DNA from: a virus
Taxonomy: Duplodnaviria > Caudoviricetes
Strand: one strand, 5' to 3'
Virus record (IMG/VR): IMGVR_UViG_3300037424_000783
Span: 1 to 46,694 of that record
DNA length: 46,694 nucleotides
How positions within the stretch are numbered: the first letter of the stretch is position 1; every line of letters begins with the position of its first letter. Below, piece after piece: positions 26,301 through 36,800 of the stretch. The notes beneath the pieces are model-generated. The model saw nothing but the letters and a program-made list of their open reading frames with translations. It searched no databases and was not told the origin of the DNA. The translations under genes were made by a program, and so were the position numbers.

Positions 26301-28413
26301 TATTAGTTGTATAAAAGATTGTTCTCAAACTATAGCCCTGAATGAAATTCTTCAAACCGAACAAGGAAGTTACGCCTATCTTTTCCCTTATCGCAATAGG
26401 GTTCCTATTGTTAAAAAACATATATTTAGTGATATTAAATCTTCTAAAAAGAAAGTCGATGAATTTGTAATAGAAAAAATGCTCGACACAGATTATATAG
26501 GATGGACAGCGAAATGTATTTTGGGAGAATCTTATGGAAATTTGTTTCCCATTCAAATAGCTATTTTACAAACACTATGGAAAACGCCATTCCCACTCCT
26601 TATAGCGTCACGCGGAGGTAGCAAGAGTTTTATTCTTGCTGTTTATGCTATTTTAAAAGCATTATTAGATCCCGGTGCAAAAATAGTTATTGTTGGTGCT
26701 GGTTTAAGACAGGCTAAGTTGGTTTTTGCCTATATAGAAAATATATGGAACTCTGCACCCGTATTAAGGAGTATAGTTGGTGGTGGTAAAAATGCTGGTC
26801 CAAGACAAAATGTAGATCAATGCTATTTTAGAATTGGTCCATCTATTATACAGGCACTTCCAATGGGAGATGGGTCAAAGATTAGGGGTTTTAGGGCTAC
26901 ATGCATTATTGCTGATGAATTTGCTTCAATTCCAGAAGATATTTTCGATGTGGTTGTCAGAGGATTTACTGCTACAACAAAAACTCCAGTCGATGAAGCA
27001 AGAAGATTGGCAATAGAAAAGAAAATTGAAGAATTGGGCATCCCCAATAATTTAAAAAGCGATTTTGTTAAAAAATCAAAAGGAAATCAGATTATATATT
27101 CTGGAACAGCATATTATCAATTTAATCATTTGGCAAAAAAATTTGATATGTGGAAAGATATAATTTCTAGTGCCGGAGATATGAATAAAGTAGCAGAAAT
27201 ATTTGGTGGCGCAAATAATATTCCTGAAAATTTTGATGTAAAAGATTATGCATTAATAAGATTGCCTAGCAATTATTTACCCGATGGTTTATTGGATAAA
27301 AGACAATTAGCTCATGCGAAAGCTACTTTACCTAAAAATATATATGATATGGAATATAACGCCATATTCATAAAAGATTCAGATGGATATTTTCCTAGAT
27401 CATTAATAGAATTATGTACAGTAAAGCCCTCTGCTTTTATAATGACATCAGATGGAGAAGTATCTTTCACACCACTAATGAGGGGTGTAACTAAAAGAAG
27501 GTATGTTATTGGTATAGATCCCGGTGCAGAAAGGGACAGGTTAGCAATAACTATATTAGAAGCTTGGAGAAGTCACTATAGGGTTGTTTATTGTTGGTCA
27601 ACAAATAAAGAAGAATTTAATAAATGCAAAAAACAGGGATTCACACAAGAACATGATTACTATTCTTATTGTTGTGCTAAAATAAAATCTTTAGTTAGAT
27701 TATTTAATCCGATAAGAATAGAGATGGACAGTCAAGGTGGTGGTTATCCCATTTCAGAAATGTTAAGATCTAAAAAGGGACTAGACAAAGAAAGCGGCGA
27801 TTTTCCAATATATGAAGTTGTTGATCCAGAAAATATAAAAGAATACGATGGAGAATCTGATGGTCCACATATTTTAAATCTTGTTCAACAATCTAATGAA
27901 TTTAATGCTTATGCTAATGGAATATTGCATAAGAGTTTAGAAACTCAAAAACTTCTGTTTCCCGCTTTTGATACAGTAATAATGCAAGCAGCCCTAATAG
28001 CAGAAAAATCTTTAGAAATAAATACCGATACATATGAAGAATGTGTTTATAATATAGAAGAATTAAAAAATGAATTATGTACAATTCAAAGAAGCGAAAC
28101 CACAACGGGCAAAGAAAGATTCGATACTCCTACGAGTGTAACTTCTGCTATAGTTGAAGGCAGATATAAAAAAGGTAGATTAAGAAAAGACAGATATACA
28201 AGTTTATTATTGGCTCATAAATATATTTATTCTTTGGATGTTACGCCGGAAAGTGGTATTGACTACAATAATGTTGCTGGTAATTTCAAGAAAATAAAGA
28301 ATGTAGATCCTAATATGGGTCTCTATACTGGACCGGGACTAGCTGGATTTACAAATTCAGATTCTTGGAATAAATATAAAGGAAAAGGATTGCAAAATGG
28401 CGAGATTATTTAA
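26293..28413 (+). CDS. terL: Terminase large subunit
   Basis: Q motif; Walker A ASRGGSKS; IRGFRA; Walker B IIADEF; SGTA; RNase H-like IGIDPG; C-terminal KDRY. Confidence 0.92.
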   Translation: MNNISCIKDCSQTIALNEILQTEQGSYAYLFPYRNRVPIVKKHIFSDIKSSKKKVDEFVIEKMLDTDYIGWTAKCILGESYGNLFPIQIAILQTLWKTPFPLLIASRGGSKSFILAVYAILKALLDPGAKIVIVGAGLRQAKLVFAYIENIWNSAPVLRSIVGGGKNAGPRQNVDQCYFRIGPSIIQALPMGDGSKIRGFRATCIIADEFASIPEDIFDVVVRGFTATTKTPVDEARRLAIEKKIEELGIPNNLKSDFVKKSKGNQIIYSGTAYYQFNHLAKKFDMWKDIISSAGDMNKVAEIFGGANNIPENFDVKDYALIRLPSNYLPDGLLDKRQLAHAKATLPKNIYDMEYNAIFIKDSDGYFPRSLIELCTVKPSAFIMTSDGEVSFTPLMRGVTKRRYVIGIDPGAERDRLAITILEAWRSHYRVVYCWSTNKEEFNKCKKQGFTQEHDYYSYCCAKIKSLVRLFNPIRIEMDSQGGGYPISEMLRSKKGLDKESGDFPIYEVVDPENIKEYDGESDGPHILNLVQQSNEFNAYANGILHKSLETQKLLFPAFDTVIMQAALIAEKSLEINTDTYEECVYNIEELKNELCTIQRSETTTGKERFDTPTSVTSAIVEGRYKKGRLRKDRYTSLLLAHKYIYSLDVTPESGIDYNNVAGNFKKIKNVDPNMGLYTGPGLAGFTNSDSWNKYKGKGLQNGEII

Positions 28414-28416
28414 TTG

Positions 28417-28424
28417 GTGTATAA
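28417..28424 (+). promoter_or_regulatory. GTGTATAA late promoter-like motif
   Basis: Located in the terL-portal gap. Confidence 0.55.
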
Positions 28425-28451
28425 ACAATTGTATTATAATGCGATTACGAT

Positions 28452-30515
28452 ATGAATAAAAAAGAACCCATGTATATTAAAGCGACAAATCAAAATCTTA
28501 AGAATCACTCTATTCCAGATGAAAATGTATTAATGAATAATAGGTCAGTCGCATCAACCGATCCAAGATTGATGGCTGGTTTTAATAAATTCGATACAGA
28601 TTTTCATAGACCGGAAGATAGAATTCCAACAAAACATCATGATATAATTCAATTATGTCAAAGTGTTTATAAGAAAAATGGATTTATAAGAAATATAATC
28701 GACCTTATGGCAGATTTTTGCTCAGAGGGTTTAGATATAAGACACCCAATAAAAAGAGAAGAAAGATTTTATAAGAGGTGGTCTGAACAGGTTGATCTTC
28801 AGGGTCGTGCTCATGATTTTATGAAGCTTTTGCTTAGAGATGCTAATGTTATTGTTAGAAGAAAAGAAGCAACTATAACTAAACCAATTACTAAAGAAAT
28901 GACCAAGGCTTTTTATGATTTTTCTATAGATAATGTTGACGAAAGAAAGGTAAATGAAAAACCCGAAAAAATAAATAAAAAGAAAGAGAAAATTGAAAAA
29001 AATATAATTCCTTGGGGATATACTTTTATTTCTCCGGTTATAGTTGAAAAAATCGGTGGACCAGTTGGCAGATTTTTTGGTAGTTCTAATATAGGAATGA
29101 GAATTACTAATGAGCTTGCCAATTCTATTAAAAATCCAGCAACGGATGCAGAAAAAGAATTTATATCTAAACTGCCAAAAGAAGTAATATCTGCCGCTAA
29201 TAAAGGATCTAGAATTATAGCGCTAGATCCATCAAAAATGTATATAGACTATTACAAAAAAGATGATTGGGAAGATTGGGGAACACCATTTCTTTATGGT
29301 ATCATAGAAGATTTGCTTTTAAAAGACAAAATGAAACAGGCAGATAGATCTGCATTGGATGGAGTTATAAACACAATAAGACTTTGGAAATTGGGTGATT
29401 CTGAAAATAAAATACTCCCAACACCAGCGGCTGTTAATAAGCTCTTGAATATTCTTCAGCACAACGTTGGCGGTGGGAGCAAAGACATTGTTTGGGATGA
29501 TATGATTGATCTTCAGGTAGAATATCCTCCCACCGACAAAATATTAGGATCAGATAAATACAAGAGTGTTAATTCAGATATAATTAAAGGTCTTGGTATT
29601 CCAGATTCACTAGTCGGAGGCACCGATCTTGGAACAAGAAATGCACAGACTGGTTTTATACAGTTAAAAACATTAGTTGAAAGACTAGAATATGTTCGTG
29701 ATAAATGTGCTAAATGGATACAAAATGAATTAGATATTGTCGCCAAGGCAATGGGTTTCAAGACTTCTCCGTTTATAAGTTTTGAAAATATGTCATTAAG
29801 AGACGAATCGGCAGAGAAGCAATTAATGATTCAATTATTAGATAGGGGACTTATTTCAGTAGAAACTGTTCATAAAGTTTTTGGAAATAATTTTGTTGTA
29901 GAGTTAGAAAATATAAGATTAGAACAGGAAATAAGAGATAAAGAACCTAAAATTTTAGAAAAGGCAAATCCGTATTATAGACCTCTAAGTGTTATGGAAT
30001 TTCAAAAGCAAACACAAATTGAACTTGAGGAGCTAAAAAATACAGAAAATTTGAGTGGTGATCAACCAAAACAGGAACAGATTTCTGGCCCAGGAAGACC
30101 ATTGAATACCAGAGATATTAACAAAAGAGATATCAGAACTCCTAAATCATTATCTTTCCTAAAAGCTAAAGCGGAAGAATTTATAACTGATATAGATTCT
30201 ATAATGGATTCACTGTATTTATCAAAAAATAATATAAAAAATATTAGATCTATGACCAAGAAACAAAAAGATGAACTTCAAAATATAAAATATTTGATTA
30301 TATCTAATATTAAATATGACGATATTATTACTAAAGAATTAATAATAAATATAGTAACAAATCCGTCTAATAAAAAAATAAATATGTTTAATAAAACACT
30401 TAAAGAACTTGTAAATGAATATAAATTAATGAATGAAAAAGAAATATCTATCAGTGTTTATAAATCTCTTGCATGTTCGACTTGGGCTATATTAAATTTA
30501 AATGGTGTAAAATAA
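28452..30515 (+). CDS. Portal protein
   Basis: Follows terL; Y....IRNIIDLMADF; WGTPFL; helical composition; 687 aa. Confidence 0.8.
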   Translation: MNKKEPMYIKATNQNLKNHSIPDENVLMNNRSVASTDPRLMAGFNKFDTDFHRPEDRIPTKHHDIIQLCQSVYKKNGFIRNIIDLMADFCSEGLDIRHPIKREERFYKRWSEQVDLQGRAHDFMKLLLRDANVIVRRKEATITKPITKEMTKAFYDFSIDNVDERKVNEKPEKINKKKEKIEKNIIPWGYTFISPVIVEKIGGPVGRFFGSSNIGMRITNELANSIKNPATDAEKEFISKLPKEVISAANKGSRIIALDPSKMYIDYYKKDDWEDWGTPFLYGIIEDLLLKDKMKQADRSALDGVINTIRLWKLGDSENKILPTPAAVNKLLNILQHNVGGGSKDIVWDDMIDLQVEYPPTDKILGSDKYKSVNSDIIKGLGIPDSLVGGTDLGTRNAQTGFIQLKTLVERLEYVRDKCAKWIQNELDIVAKAMGFKTSPFISFENMSLRDESAEKQLMIQLLDRGLISVETVHKVFGNNFVVELENIRLEQEIRDKEPKILEKANPYYRPLSVMEFQKQTQIELEELKNTENLSGDQPKQEQISGPGRPLNTRDINKRDIRTPKSLSFLKAKAEEFITDIDSIMDSLYLSKNNIKNIRSMTKKQKDELQNIKYLIISNIKYDDIITKELIINIVTNPSNKKINMFNKTLKELVNEYKLMNEKEISISVYKSLACSTWAILNLNGVK

Positions 30516-30545
30516 ACATATGCATTATAATTTAGGGGATTACCT

Positions 30546-31100
30546 ATGTCTTTAAGTGATAAATATATTAAAACTATAGAGGAAATAAAAGAAAAATTTT
30601 CAATAGGTGCTTTTGGAGACAAATCATTTCCCGATGCTGCTTTTATAGTAGAAAAAGATGCAGAAAAAGATAATTCCGGGAAAACATTACAAAAATTCAG
30701 ACATCTGCCACACCATAATAAAAATGTTAAAAGCCCGACAGAAAATACATCTGTGGATCTTCCGCATCTTCGCAACGCATTAGCAAGAGTAAATCAGGTA
30801 AAACCAATTAAAGAAGATAAGTCTGGATATGTATCTAGAGCCAGATCTCATCTTGAACGCCATGCTAAAATTTTACTTAAAACCAGTAAAGGATCTGAGA
30901 ATTTTAAAGAAATCGAAGCAATCTGTGCAGAATTTAATATAAATATTAATGATGAAAATGAATCATTAGCTAATATAAAAATAATGAAGAACGGCACAGA
31001 AGATGCACCCTATTGTGTCATGCAAGATGGTAAAAGAGTTAAATGTTATAAAATGATGAAAGATGCTAAAAATCACATGGATAATATGATGAAAGGGTAA
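30546..31100 (+). CDS. Head-module hypothetical protein
   Basis: PDAAF...LPHH...DLPHLRNALAR pattern seen in phage head regions. Confidence 0.6.
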   Translation: MSLSDKYIKTIEEIKEKFSIGAFGDKSFPDAAFIVEKDAEKDNSGKTLQKFRHLPHHNKNVKSPTENTSVDLPHLRNALARVNQVKPIKEDKSGYVSRARSHLERHAKILLKTSKGSENFKEIEAICAEFNININDENESLANIKIMKNGTEDAPYCVMQDGKRVKCYKMMKDAKNHMDNMMKG

Positions 31101-31103
31101 TTT

Positions 31104-31415
31104 ATGGCAATGGTTGTTATATCATTAGATACTGGTAGTAGGCAATGTACTTTAACTATTGATGGCGCTTTGGTTTCTGCTGATCAAGTAATGTTTCATA
31201 AAGGCACACACTATAATGGTGATCCAATGTTAATGTTTAGATATGAAACACAAATATCTGATAATAATGGACTTATGCAAAGTATTGAATATGAACTTCC
31301 TCAACCAGATATGAATATGGAGGGGTGCGTTATTGAGAAAAATGGATTGGCATCAAAAATTATTGATAAAAGCAAGAAACTTATGAAGGATATCGCCAAT
31401 TTTATTGGGAAATAA
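31104..31415 (+). CDS. Hypothetical protein
   Basis: Tiles in head operon. Confidence 0.65.
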   Translation: MAMVVISLDTGSRQCTLTIDGALVSADQVMFHKGTHYNGDPMLMFRYETQISDNNGLMQSIEYELPQPDMNMEGCVIEKNGLASKIIDKSKKLMKDIANFIGK

Positions 31416-31468
31416 AAATAATGCCTGAAAAGTGTTTACTTTAGATTTAATTTGTGTATAAAAACTTT

Positions 31469-32836
31469 ATGAAGGTATTTTCTCAAGAAAAAAATGATGG
31501 TCTTTCTGACCTTTTGAATAAAAGTTGTGCTAATATTGAATGCAAATTTACTACAATTAAAAATTCAAACTCTTTTGCTGATTTATTAAAAGAATTATCT
31601 ATAGCAAATGAAATCAAATCTATTAAAGACCTTATTGGTCAAGATCAACCAGATTTGGCATTTATTGTTTCTATTCTAGTTAGTGCTGGATGGAACCTTA
31701 ATGATGATATTTTTGTTCCTTCTGAATTATGGAAAGCTAGATATACACCAAAACATAAACCCATAAATAATGAGCACGATGGAACAGATATATTGGGTCA
31801 TATTATAGACAGCAAAGCTGTTGATAAAAATGGTAAAGAGATTAATCTCGTAGAATCTGATGTTATCCCAGAGGAATTTGATATAGAAGTTGCTGGTGTT
31901 TTATATAAATCTTTAACACAACTTAAAGAAAAAATAGGTTCTGTTATAGAAAAAGCTAATAATGGTGAATTATTTGTTTCTATGGAATGCTGGTTCGATG
32001 ATTTGTCTTATGGAATTAAAGATTCTACAACTGGTAAAACTACCGTAGTTGAAAGAAAAGAAGAAACTGCATTTTTAACAAAACATTTAAAATCTTATGG
32101 GGGAAGTGGTGAATATAAGGGATTTAAAATAGGAAGAGTTCTTAAGAATATTGTATTTGGTGGACAAGGGTTGGTTAAAAATCCAGCTAACCCAGAATCT
32201 GTTATAAAAATTGCTGCTAACTTAAAAGGGGGTGTAAATATGGATGAAACTTTAAAGAAACAATTAGAAGAAGCATTGGCTAATGCTGCTAATAAAGACA
32301 AACAGATTGAATCTCTTACAAAAGAATTAGAATCTGTTAAGGCACAAAATGGTATTTTCGAAACGAAGGTCAAAGAAGTGGATCAAGAAATACAAAAACT
32401 TCTTTCGCAATTGTCAACAGCCGCAGAAGATATTAAGACTTTAGAGGTTGATAATGCTGATCTGACTAAGAAATTTGATGAAGTTACCGAAAAATTTAAT
32501 AAGGTAAATGACGAATTACAAAAGATCAATAAAGCAAATGTTACAAAAGAAAGGGTTGAAAAACTTTCTAAGGTTAAGACACTTGCAGAAGCAGAAATTA
32601 AAGAAGTTTCTGAAATGTCCGACGATACATTTAATACCGTTCTAAAGTATGCTAGTATTAATCCAGTAAAATCTGAAACAAAAACAGAAACTACAGAAGC
32701 TTCTGTTGAAGTAGAAGCAAAAGAAGAACCAGCATTTCAGGGCGGGACAGATAATATTGAAGATAAATCTGCGGAAGTGGCGGTGGCTACAGCAAGATGT
32801 TTACTTGGTATCAAAGAAGAAAAAGGGGGTGAATAA
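31469..32836 (+). CDS. Prohead protease fused to coiled-coil scaffold
   Basis: NLNDD.F, INNEH..., VSMEC, GLVKNPANPES protease motifs; acidic coiled-coil C-half; GTGTATAA 7 nt before ATG. Confidence 0.8.
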   Translation: MKVFSQEKNDGLSDLLNKSCANIECKFTTIKNSNSFADLLKELSIANEIKSIKDLIGQDQPDLAFIVSILVSAGWNLNDDIFVPSELWKARYTPKHKPINNEHDGTDILGHIIDSKAVDKNGKEINLVESDVIPEEFDIEVAGVLYKSLTQLKEKIGSVIEKANNGELFVSMECWFDDLSYGIKDSTTGKTTVVERKEETAFLTKHLKSYGGSGEYKGFKIGRVLKNIVFGGQGLVKNPANPESVIKIAANLKGGVNMDETLKKQLEEALANAANKDKQIESLTKELESVKAQNGIFETKVKEVDQEIQKLLSQLSTAAEDIKTLEVDNADLTKKFDEVTEKFNKVNDELQKINKANVTKERVEKLSKVKTLAEAEIKEVSEMSDDTFNTVLKYASINPVKSETKTETTEASVEVEAKEEPAFQGGTDNIEDKSAEVAVATARCLLGIKEEKGGE

Positions 32837-33306
32837 TGGCTCTAAGACCAGATCGTGATTATGCAGAAGTTACTGATATTAGTAATTTTTGGTCAGAGGT
32901 TGCTGCACAAAATACCCAAGAAAAAGGTGGTATTGCATGTGTAGAAACTGCGGGTTCGGGTGTTGCATTGGATGATGTTACTAACGTAGTTCAATATGCG
33001 GACAGTGCTTCGGGTGCTGTTCCAAAGGGTGTTCTATTACAAGACGTTAATCCGCCAATGAGTACGACTCGTGATTTTAAGAACTTTGCAAATATGGAAG
33101 TTCGTCCGGGTGAAAAAGTTACATTACTTCGTAAGGGGTGGCTTGTTACAGACATGATAGATGGTACACCAGTTGTAGGTGGTGGCGCTTATGTAGGTTC
33201 AAGCGGTTTGATTTCGGCAACATCGGGTACTGCTTCGGCTCGCATCGGAAGATGGGAAACAACGCTAGACGCTGATGGATTTGCTAAGGTTTATATTGAT
33301 ATTTAA
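32836..33306 (+). CDS. Capsid decoration/cement protein
   Basis: Gly-rich beta protein between scaffold and MCP; C-terminal DADGFAKVYIDI. Confidence 0.65.
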   Translation: MALRPDRDYAEVTDISNFWSEVAAQNTQEKGGIACVETAGSGVALDDVTNVVQYADSASGAVPKGVLLQDVNPPMSTTRDFKNFANMEVRPGEKVTLLRKGWLVTDMIDGTPVVGGGAYVGSSGLISATSGTASARIGRWETTLDADGFAKVYIDI

Positions 33307-33325
33307 TAGAAGGGGGTGAAACAGA

Positions 33326-34357
33326 ATGAAGTCAAAAAACAAAATACAAAAACCGACTCAAGAGATGATAAATCTTTTGAAAGATACTGGATCTAATGAT
33401 CATGTTGTAGCCGATAAGGCTATGCAAGCATTGGCTGCTGCTCTGCAAGAACCTCTTCGTGAAGGTCTATTGAACGGAGATATCATCAATGGTATTTTTT
33501 CCGTAGAAGTTTTACAGCCAGGAGCAACTGCTGAATATTCACTAGATCTTTATCAGCAACATCAAGATGGTCAATATGTTGCCTATCAGGTTCCTAGCGA
33601 GGGTGCTATTCCACAAAGAACAGTTTCGTCTGATAGTATTACTGTTCAAACATTCACTATCGCAAATTCAATCGATTGGCCTCTTAAGTACAGTCGTGAT
33701 GCGAGATGGAATGTGGTTTCTCGTGCTATGGAAGTTATGAACAATGGATTTGTTCGTAAGATCAATACTGATGGATGGCATGCGCTTATTACTGCTGCCG
33801 CTGGAAGAACAGATTTTAATGGTGGCGCGCCTATGGTGTTTGATAGCGCTGCTGCTGTTGGTCAGTTCACCAAGCGACTTGTTAGTCTCATGAAGACTTC
33901 TATGGCTAGATTAGCTGGTGGTAATAGTGCTACACCAAATCGCGGTCGCCTAACCGATCTTTATATTAGTCTTGAAGCATTAGAAGATATAAGAAATTGG
34001 GACATAGACGACGTAGACGATTTCACCAGAAGAGAAATATTTGTAGCATCAGATAGTGGTGGTCCATTGGCATCAATTTATGGTGTTCAATTGCATCCTC
34101 TATTTGAACTTGGTGTTGGTCAAGAATATCAAACATTCTTTGAAACACTAGGCGTAAGTATGGGAACAAGCGACGAAGAAATTGTTGTAGGTCTTGACTT
34201 AAGCACCAATGATTCATTCGTTATGCCAGTTCGTGAATCTCTTACAATTTTTGAAGATCCTGCTCTGCATCGCAGACAGAAACAAGGGTTCTATGGGTGG
34301 CAAGAACACGGTTTTGCGGTGCTCGACCCACGGAGGGTTATATTAGGCTCCCTGTAG
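33326..34357 (+). CDS. Major capsid protein (HK97 fold)
   Basis: Position; 343 aa; PSEGAIPQR; C-terminal GFYGWQEHGFAVLDPR; terminator follows. Confidence 0.88.
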   Translation: MKSKNKIQKPTQEMINLLKDTGSNDHVVADKAMQALAAALQEPLREGLLNGDIINGIFSVEVLQPGATAEYSLDLYQQHQDGQYVAYQVPSEGAIPQRTVSSDSITVQTFTIANSIDWPLKYSRDARWNVVSRAMEVMNNGFVRKINTDGWHALITAAAGRTDFNGGAPMVFDSAAAVGQFTKRLVSLMKTSMARLAGGNSATPNRGRLTDLYISLEALEDIRNWDIDDVDDFTRREIFVASDSGGPLASIYGVQLHPLFELGVGQEYQTFFETLGVSMGTSDEEIVVGLDLSTNDSFVMPVRESLTIFEDPALHRRQKQGFYGWQEHGFAVLDPRRVILGSL

Positions 34358-34396
34358 GGTTATTATGGGTAGTTTATAATTTCAAAATAAAAGATC

Positions 34397-34424
34397 AGGC
34401 CGTGAACCAACGGCCTTTTCTTTC
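34397..34424 (+). terminator. Rho-independent terminator after MCP
   Basis: AGGCCGT-GAACCA-ACGGCCT followed by TTTCTTT. Confidence 0.8.
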
Positions 34425-34480
34425 GTACTATATTGTAGGCTGACAAGGATTATAAGGTAATATGGTTATTGGAGCATAAA

Positions 34481-35731
34481 GTGAATCAAAAGAAAATAAA
34501 TGTAAATTTGGCTATAAAGTTATATAGAGATGAAAAAAATACACTGGAAGCTGTTTCTAAAATAGTCGGATGCTCCGTTGGTACATTAGTTACAAGATTG
34601 AGAGAATACGGTATAACTATAAGATCTTCTGGGGAGTTTAGACAAAAAGCTACTTTGGAACAATTAAAACATGATTATGAAACACTTGGATTATCCACTA
34701 TAGAAATAGCTAAAAAATACAATATGAATGAGTCTTCTGTATACGGAAGATTAAAAGATAATGGCGTTCAAATTAGAACAAGAAAAGAAGCTGTTAACAG
34801 ACAAATACCTTTATCAGAACATCCAAAAATTTGTGATCTTTACATAAATGATAAAACACAAAACTGCGGTAAAATAGCTAAATTATATAGTGTTCATAAA
34901 ACCACTATAGCTAATATACTCAGGAATAATGGTATAATATTGGAAAAATCTATTGGCGAAAGAAATCCATCATTTAAAGGTGGTATAACGCCGCTGCATA
35001 CAAGGATACGACATTGCGAAAAAGGAGAATTTTGGAAAAGAGCGTGTTTAGAAAGAGATGAATATAAATGTAAAATAACCGGAGAAACTAAAGATTTACA
35101 AGTTCATCATTTCCCAAGAACATTTTCTGAAATATTCGAAGATTTTTTGAGATTATATCCAGATTTAAGACCAATAGATAATTCCGATCAATTGTTTGAA
35201 TTATCACAAAATTATGAACCTTTTTGGGATATAAGTAATGGAATAACAGTTTGTAACTCAGTACATAAAAGATTGCATACAAATAATGGTATAACGGACG
35301 AAGAAATAATAGCCCTACATAAACAAGGATGGTCGTGCGAAAAGATATCTAAATATTTTGGTAAGTCTAAGGGATTTGCTAGATCAAGATTATTATCTTT
35401 AGGGATAAAATTAAGGGATGTAGGCTATTATAATGAACAAAGGAATACAATCACGGAAGATATTAGTAAAAGTGTATTAGAGGCTTATATAGATAATAAA
35501 ACAACAAGAAGTATCTGCAAAAAATTTAATATAAGCAATGGAACTTTATATAGAATATTAGAGAAAAATAACATTGTTCCAGGAAATAGAAAATACGACC
35601 AAAGAAGTGATGCCATAAAACAAGCCGAAAGAGTCATAGAATTAAATGCCGCAGGCGTAACTATCGAAGAAATAGCTAAAATATACGAAGTTAGCGACAC
35701 CACCATAAGGAATATTTTAAAAATCAATTAA
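34481..35731 (+). CDS. Multi-HTH protein with central HNH-like nuclease (homing endonuclease-like)
   Basis: GGAG SD plus GTG; about six HTH repeats; GERNPSFKGG, ERDEYKCKITG, LQVHH, NGITVC..VHKRLH. Confidence 0.8.
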   Translation: MNQKKINVNLAIKLYRDEKNTLEAVSKIVGCSVGTLVTRLREYGITIRSSGEFRQKATLEQLKHDYETLGLSTIEIAKKYNMNESSVYGRLKDNGVQIRTRKEAVNRQIPLSEHPKICDLYINDKTQNCGKIAKLYSVHKTTIANILRNNGIILEKSIGERNPSFKGGITPLHTRIRHCEKGEFWKRACLERDEYKCKITGETKDLQVHHFPRTFSEIFEDFLRLYPDLRPIDNSDQLFELSQNYEPFWDISNGITVCNSVHKRLHTNNGITDEEIIALHKQGWSCEKISKYFGKSKGFARSRLLSLGIKLRDVGYYNEQRNTITEDISKSVLEAYIDNKTTRSICKKFNISNGTLYRILEKNNIVPGNRKYDQRSDAIKQAERVIELNAAGVTIEEIAKIYEVSDTTIRNILKIN

Positions 35732-35790
35732 TTAACCCAATCCCACTAAACTTACATGTTTTGCTAAAAGTCCAATTTCTTAGGACTTAT

Positions 35791-35798
35791 GTGTATAA
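35791..35798 (+). promoter_or_regulatory. GTGTATAA late promoter-like motif
   Basis: Intergenic, downstream of the HNH gene. Confidence 0.5.
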
Positions 35799-35831
35799 AA
35801 CAATAGAATAATTAACGCTGAAAGGTGTTTT

Positions 35832-36212
35832 GTGACTGATAAAGAAATTATTCTGTCATATATTAAAGATCATAAAACTATTAGGGAAATTTCTTTTATT
35901 GATGGAAGAAGTGAAAGTACAATTTATAAAATATTGATTGAAAATGATGTTGCGCTAAGAGATAAATCAGAAGCCAATAAGATTATATCAGATAAAGTTC
36001 TTATTAAGCTTTATAATTTAGGATTATCATTTTCTCAAATAGGAACATTAATTGGAATAGATCCAACAACAGTTTCTAAAAGATTCACATCGTTGGGTTT
36101 TTCTACAAGATCGTCTTGTGTCGCTAAAAACATCAAATATTCTGATAATGAATTTAAAAAATATTTCTGTAATAAAAAATTTATGAGTAAAATAAATCTT
36201 ATTGAGAGTTAA
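35832..36212 (+). CDS. Tandem-HTH DNA-binding protein
   Basis: TIREIS...SESTIYKIL and LSFSQIG..IGIDPTTVSKR. Confidence 0.7.
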   Translation: MTDKEIILSYIKDHKTIREISFIDGRSESTIYKILIENDVALRDKSEANKIISDKVLIKLYNLGLSFSQIGTLIGIDPTTVSKRFTSLGFSTRSSCVAKNIKYSDNEFKKYFCNKKFMSKINLIES

Positions 36213-36215
36213 ATT

Positions 36216-36800
36216 ATGATAGATATAGGTCCATTTCAATTAGGACAAATGGATATTGGCTCATTTCAATCAGAAGTGTCTGGTTCTGGAATAACGGCAT
36301 CTGGCAATTTATTTATAGAGGGTTTTTTGCCGACCGTTTCGGGTGAAATGCCACTATTTATTGCTGGTCCTATACAGTTAACCGAATCTATACATTTATT
36401 TTTAAGAGGTAATGTTTCCGGTCTAACACCGTCTGTAGATCCAGATGATGACTTTGGCATGAGTCTGGATGTATTGTTTACCAGAGGTGATCATAATCCG
36501 CAAATAATTGGAAGATTTATAACGGACCCAAATAGTGTAACAATACAAATATATAATGTTATTAGTGGTGTAAATACATTAGTCACATTAGATGATAATC
36601 AATGTTATCAAATAGGTGATACTGGAAGATGGGCTTGGTCAACTGTTAATTTACCAGAATTACAAAATATTGTGAATCAATACGTTTATGTGATGACCGG
36701 GGATAATGCTGAGATATTCAAGGGTAAATTTATTCTTAAGAATACTGTTAAAATTAATAATAAAATACCGAGAAATAATAGTCATATCAGGAGAATATAA
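36216..36800 (+). CDS. Virion structural protein
   Basis: LFIxG repeats; C-domain paralogous to 38064..38399. Confidence 0.65.
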   Translation: MIDIGPFQLGQMDIGSFQSEVSGSGITASGNLFIEGFLPTVSGEMPLFIAGPIQLTESIHLFLRGNVSGLTPSVDPDDDFGMSLDVLFTRGDHNPQIIGRFITDPNSVTIQIYNVISGVNTLVTLDDNQCYQIGDTGRWAWSTVNLPELQNIVNQYVYVMTGDNAEIFKGKFILKNTVKINNKIPRNNSHIRRI

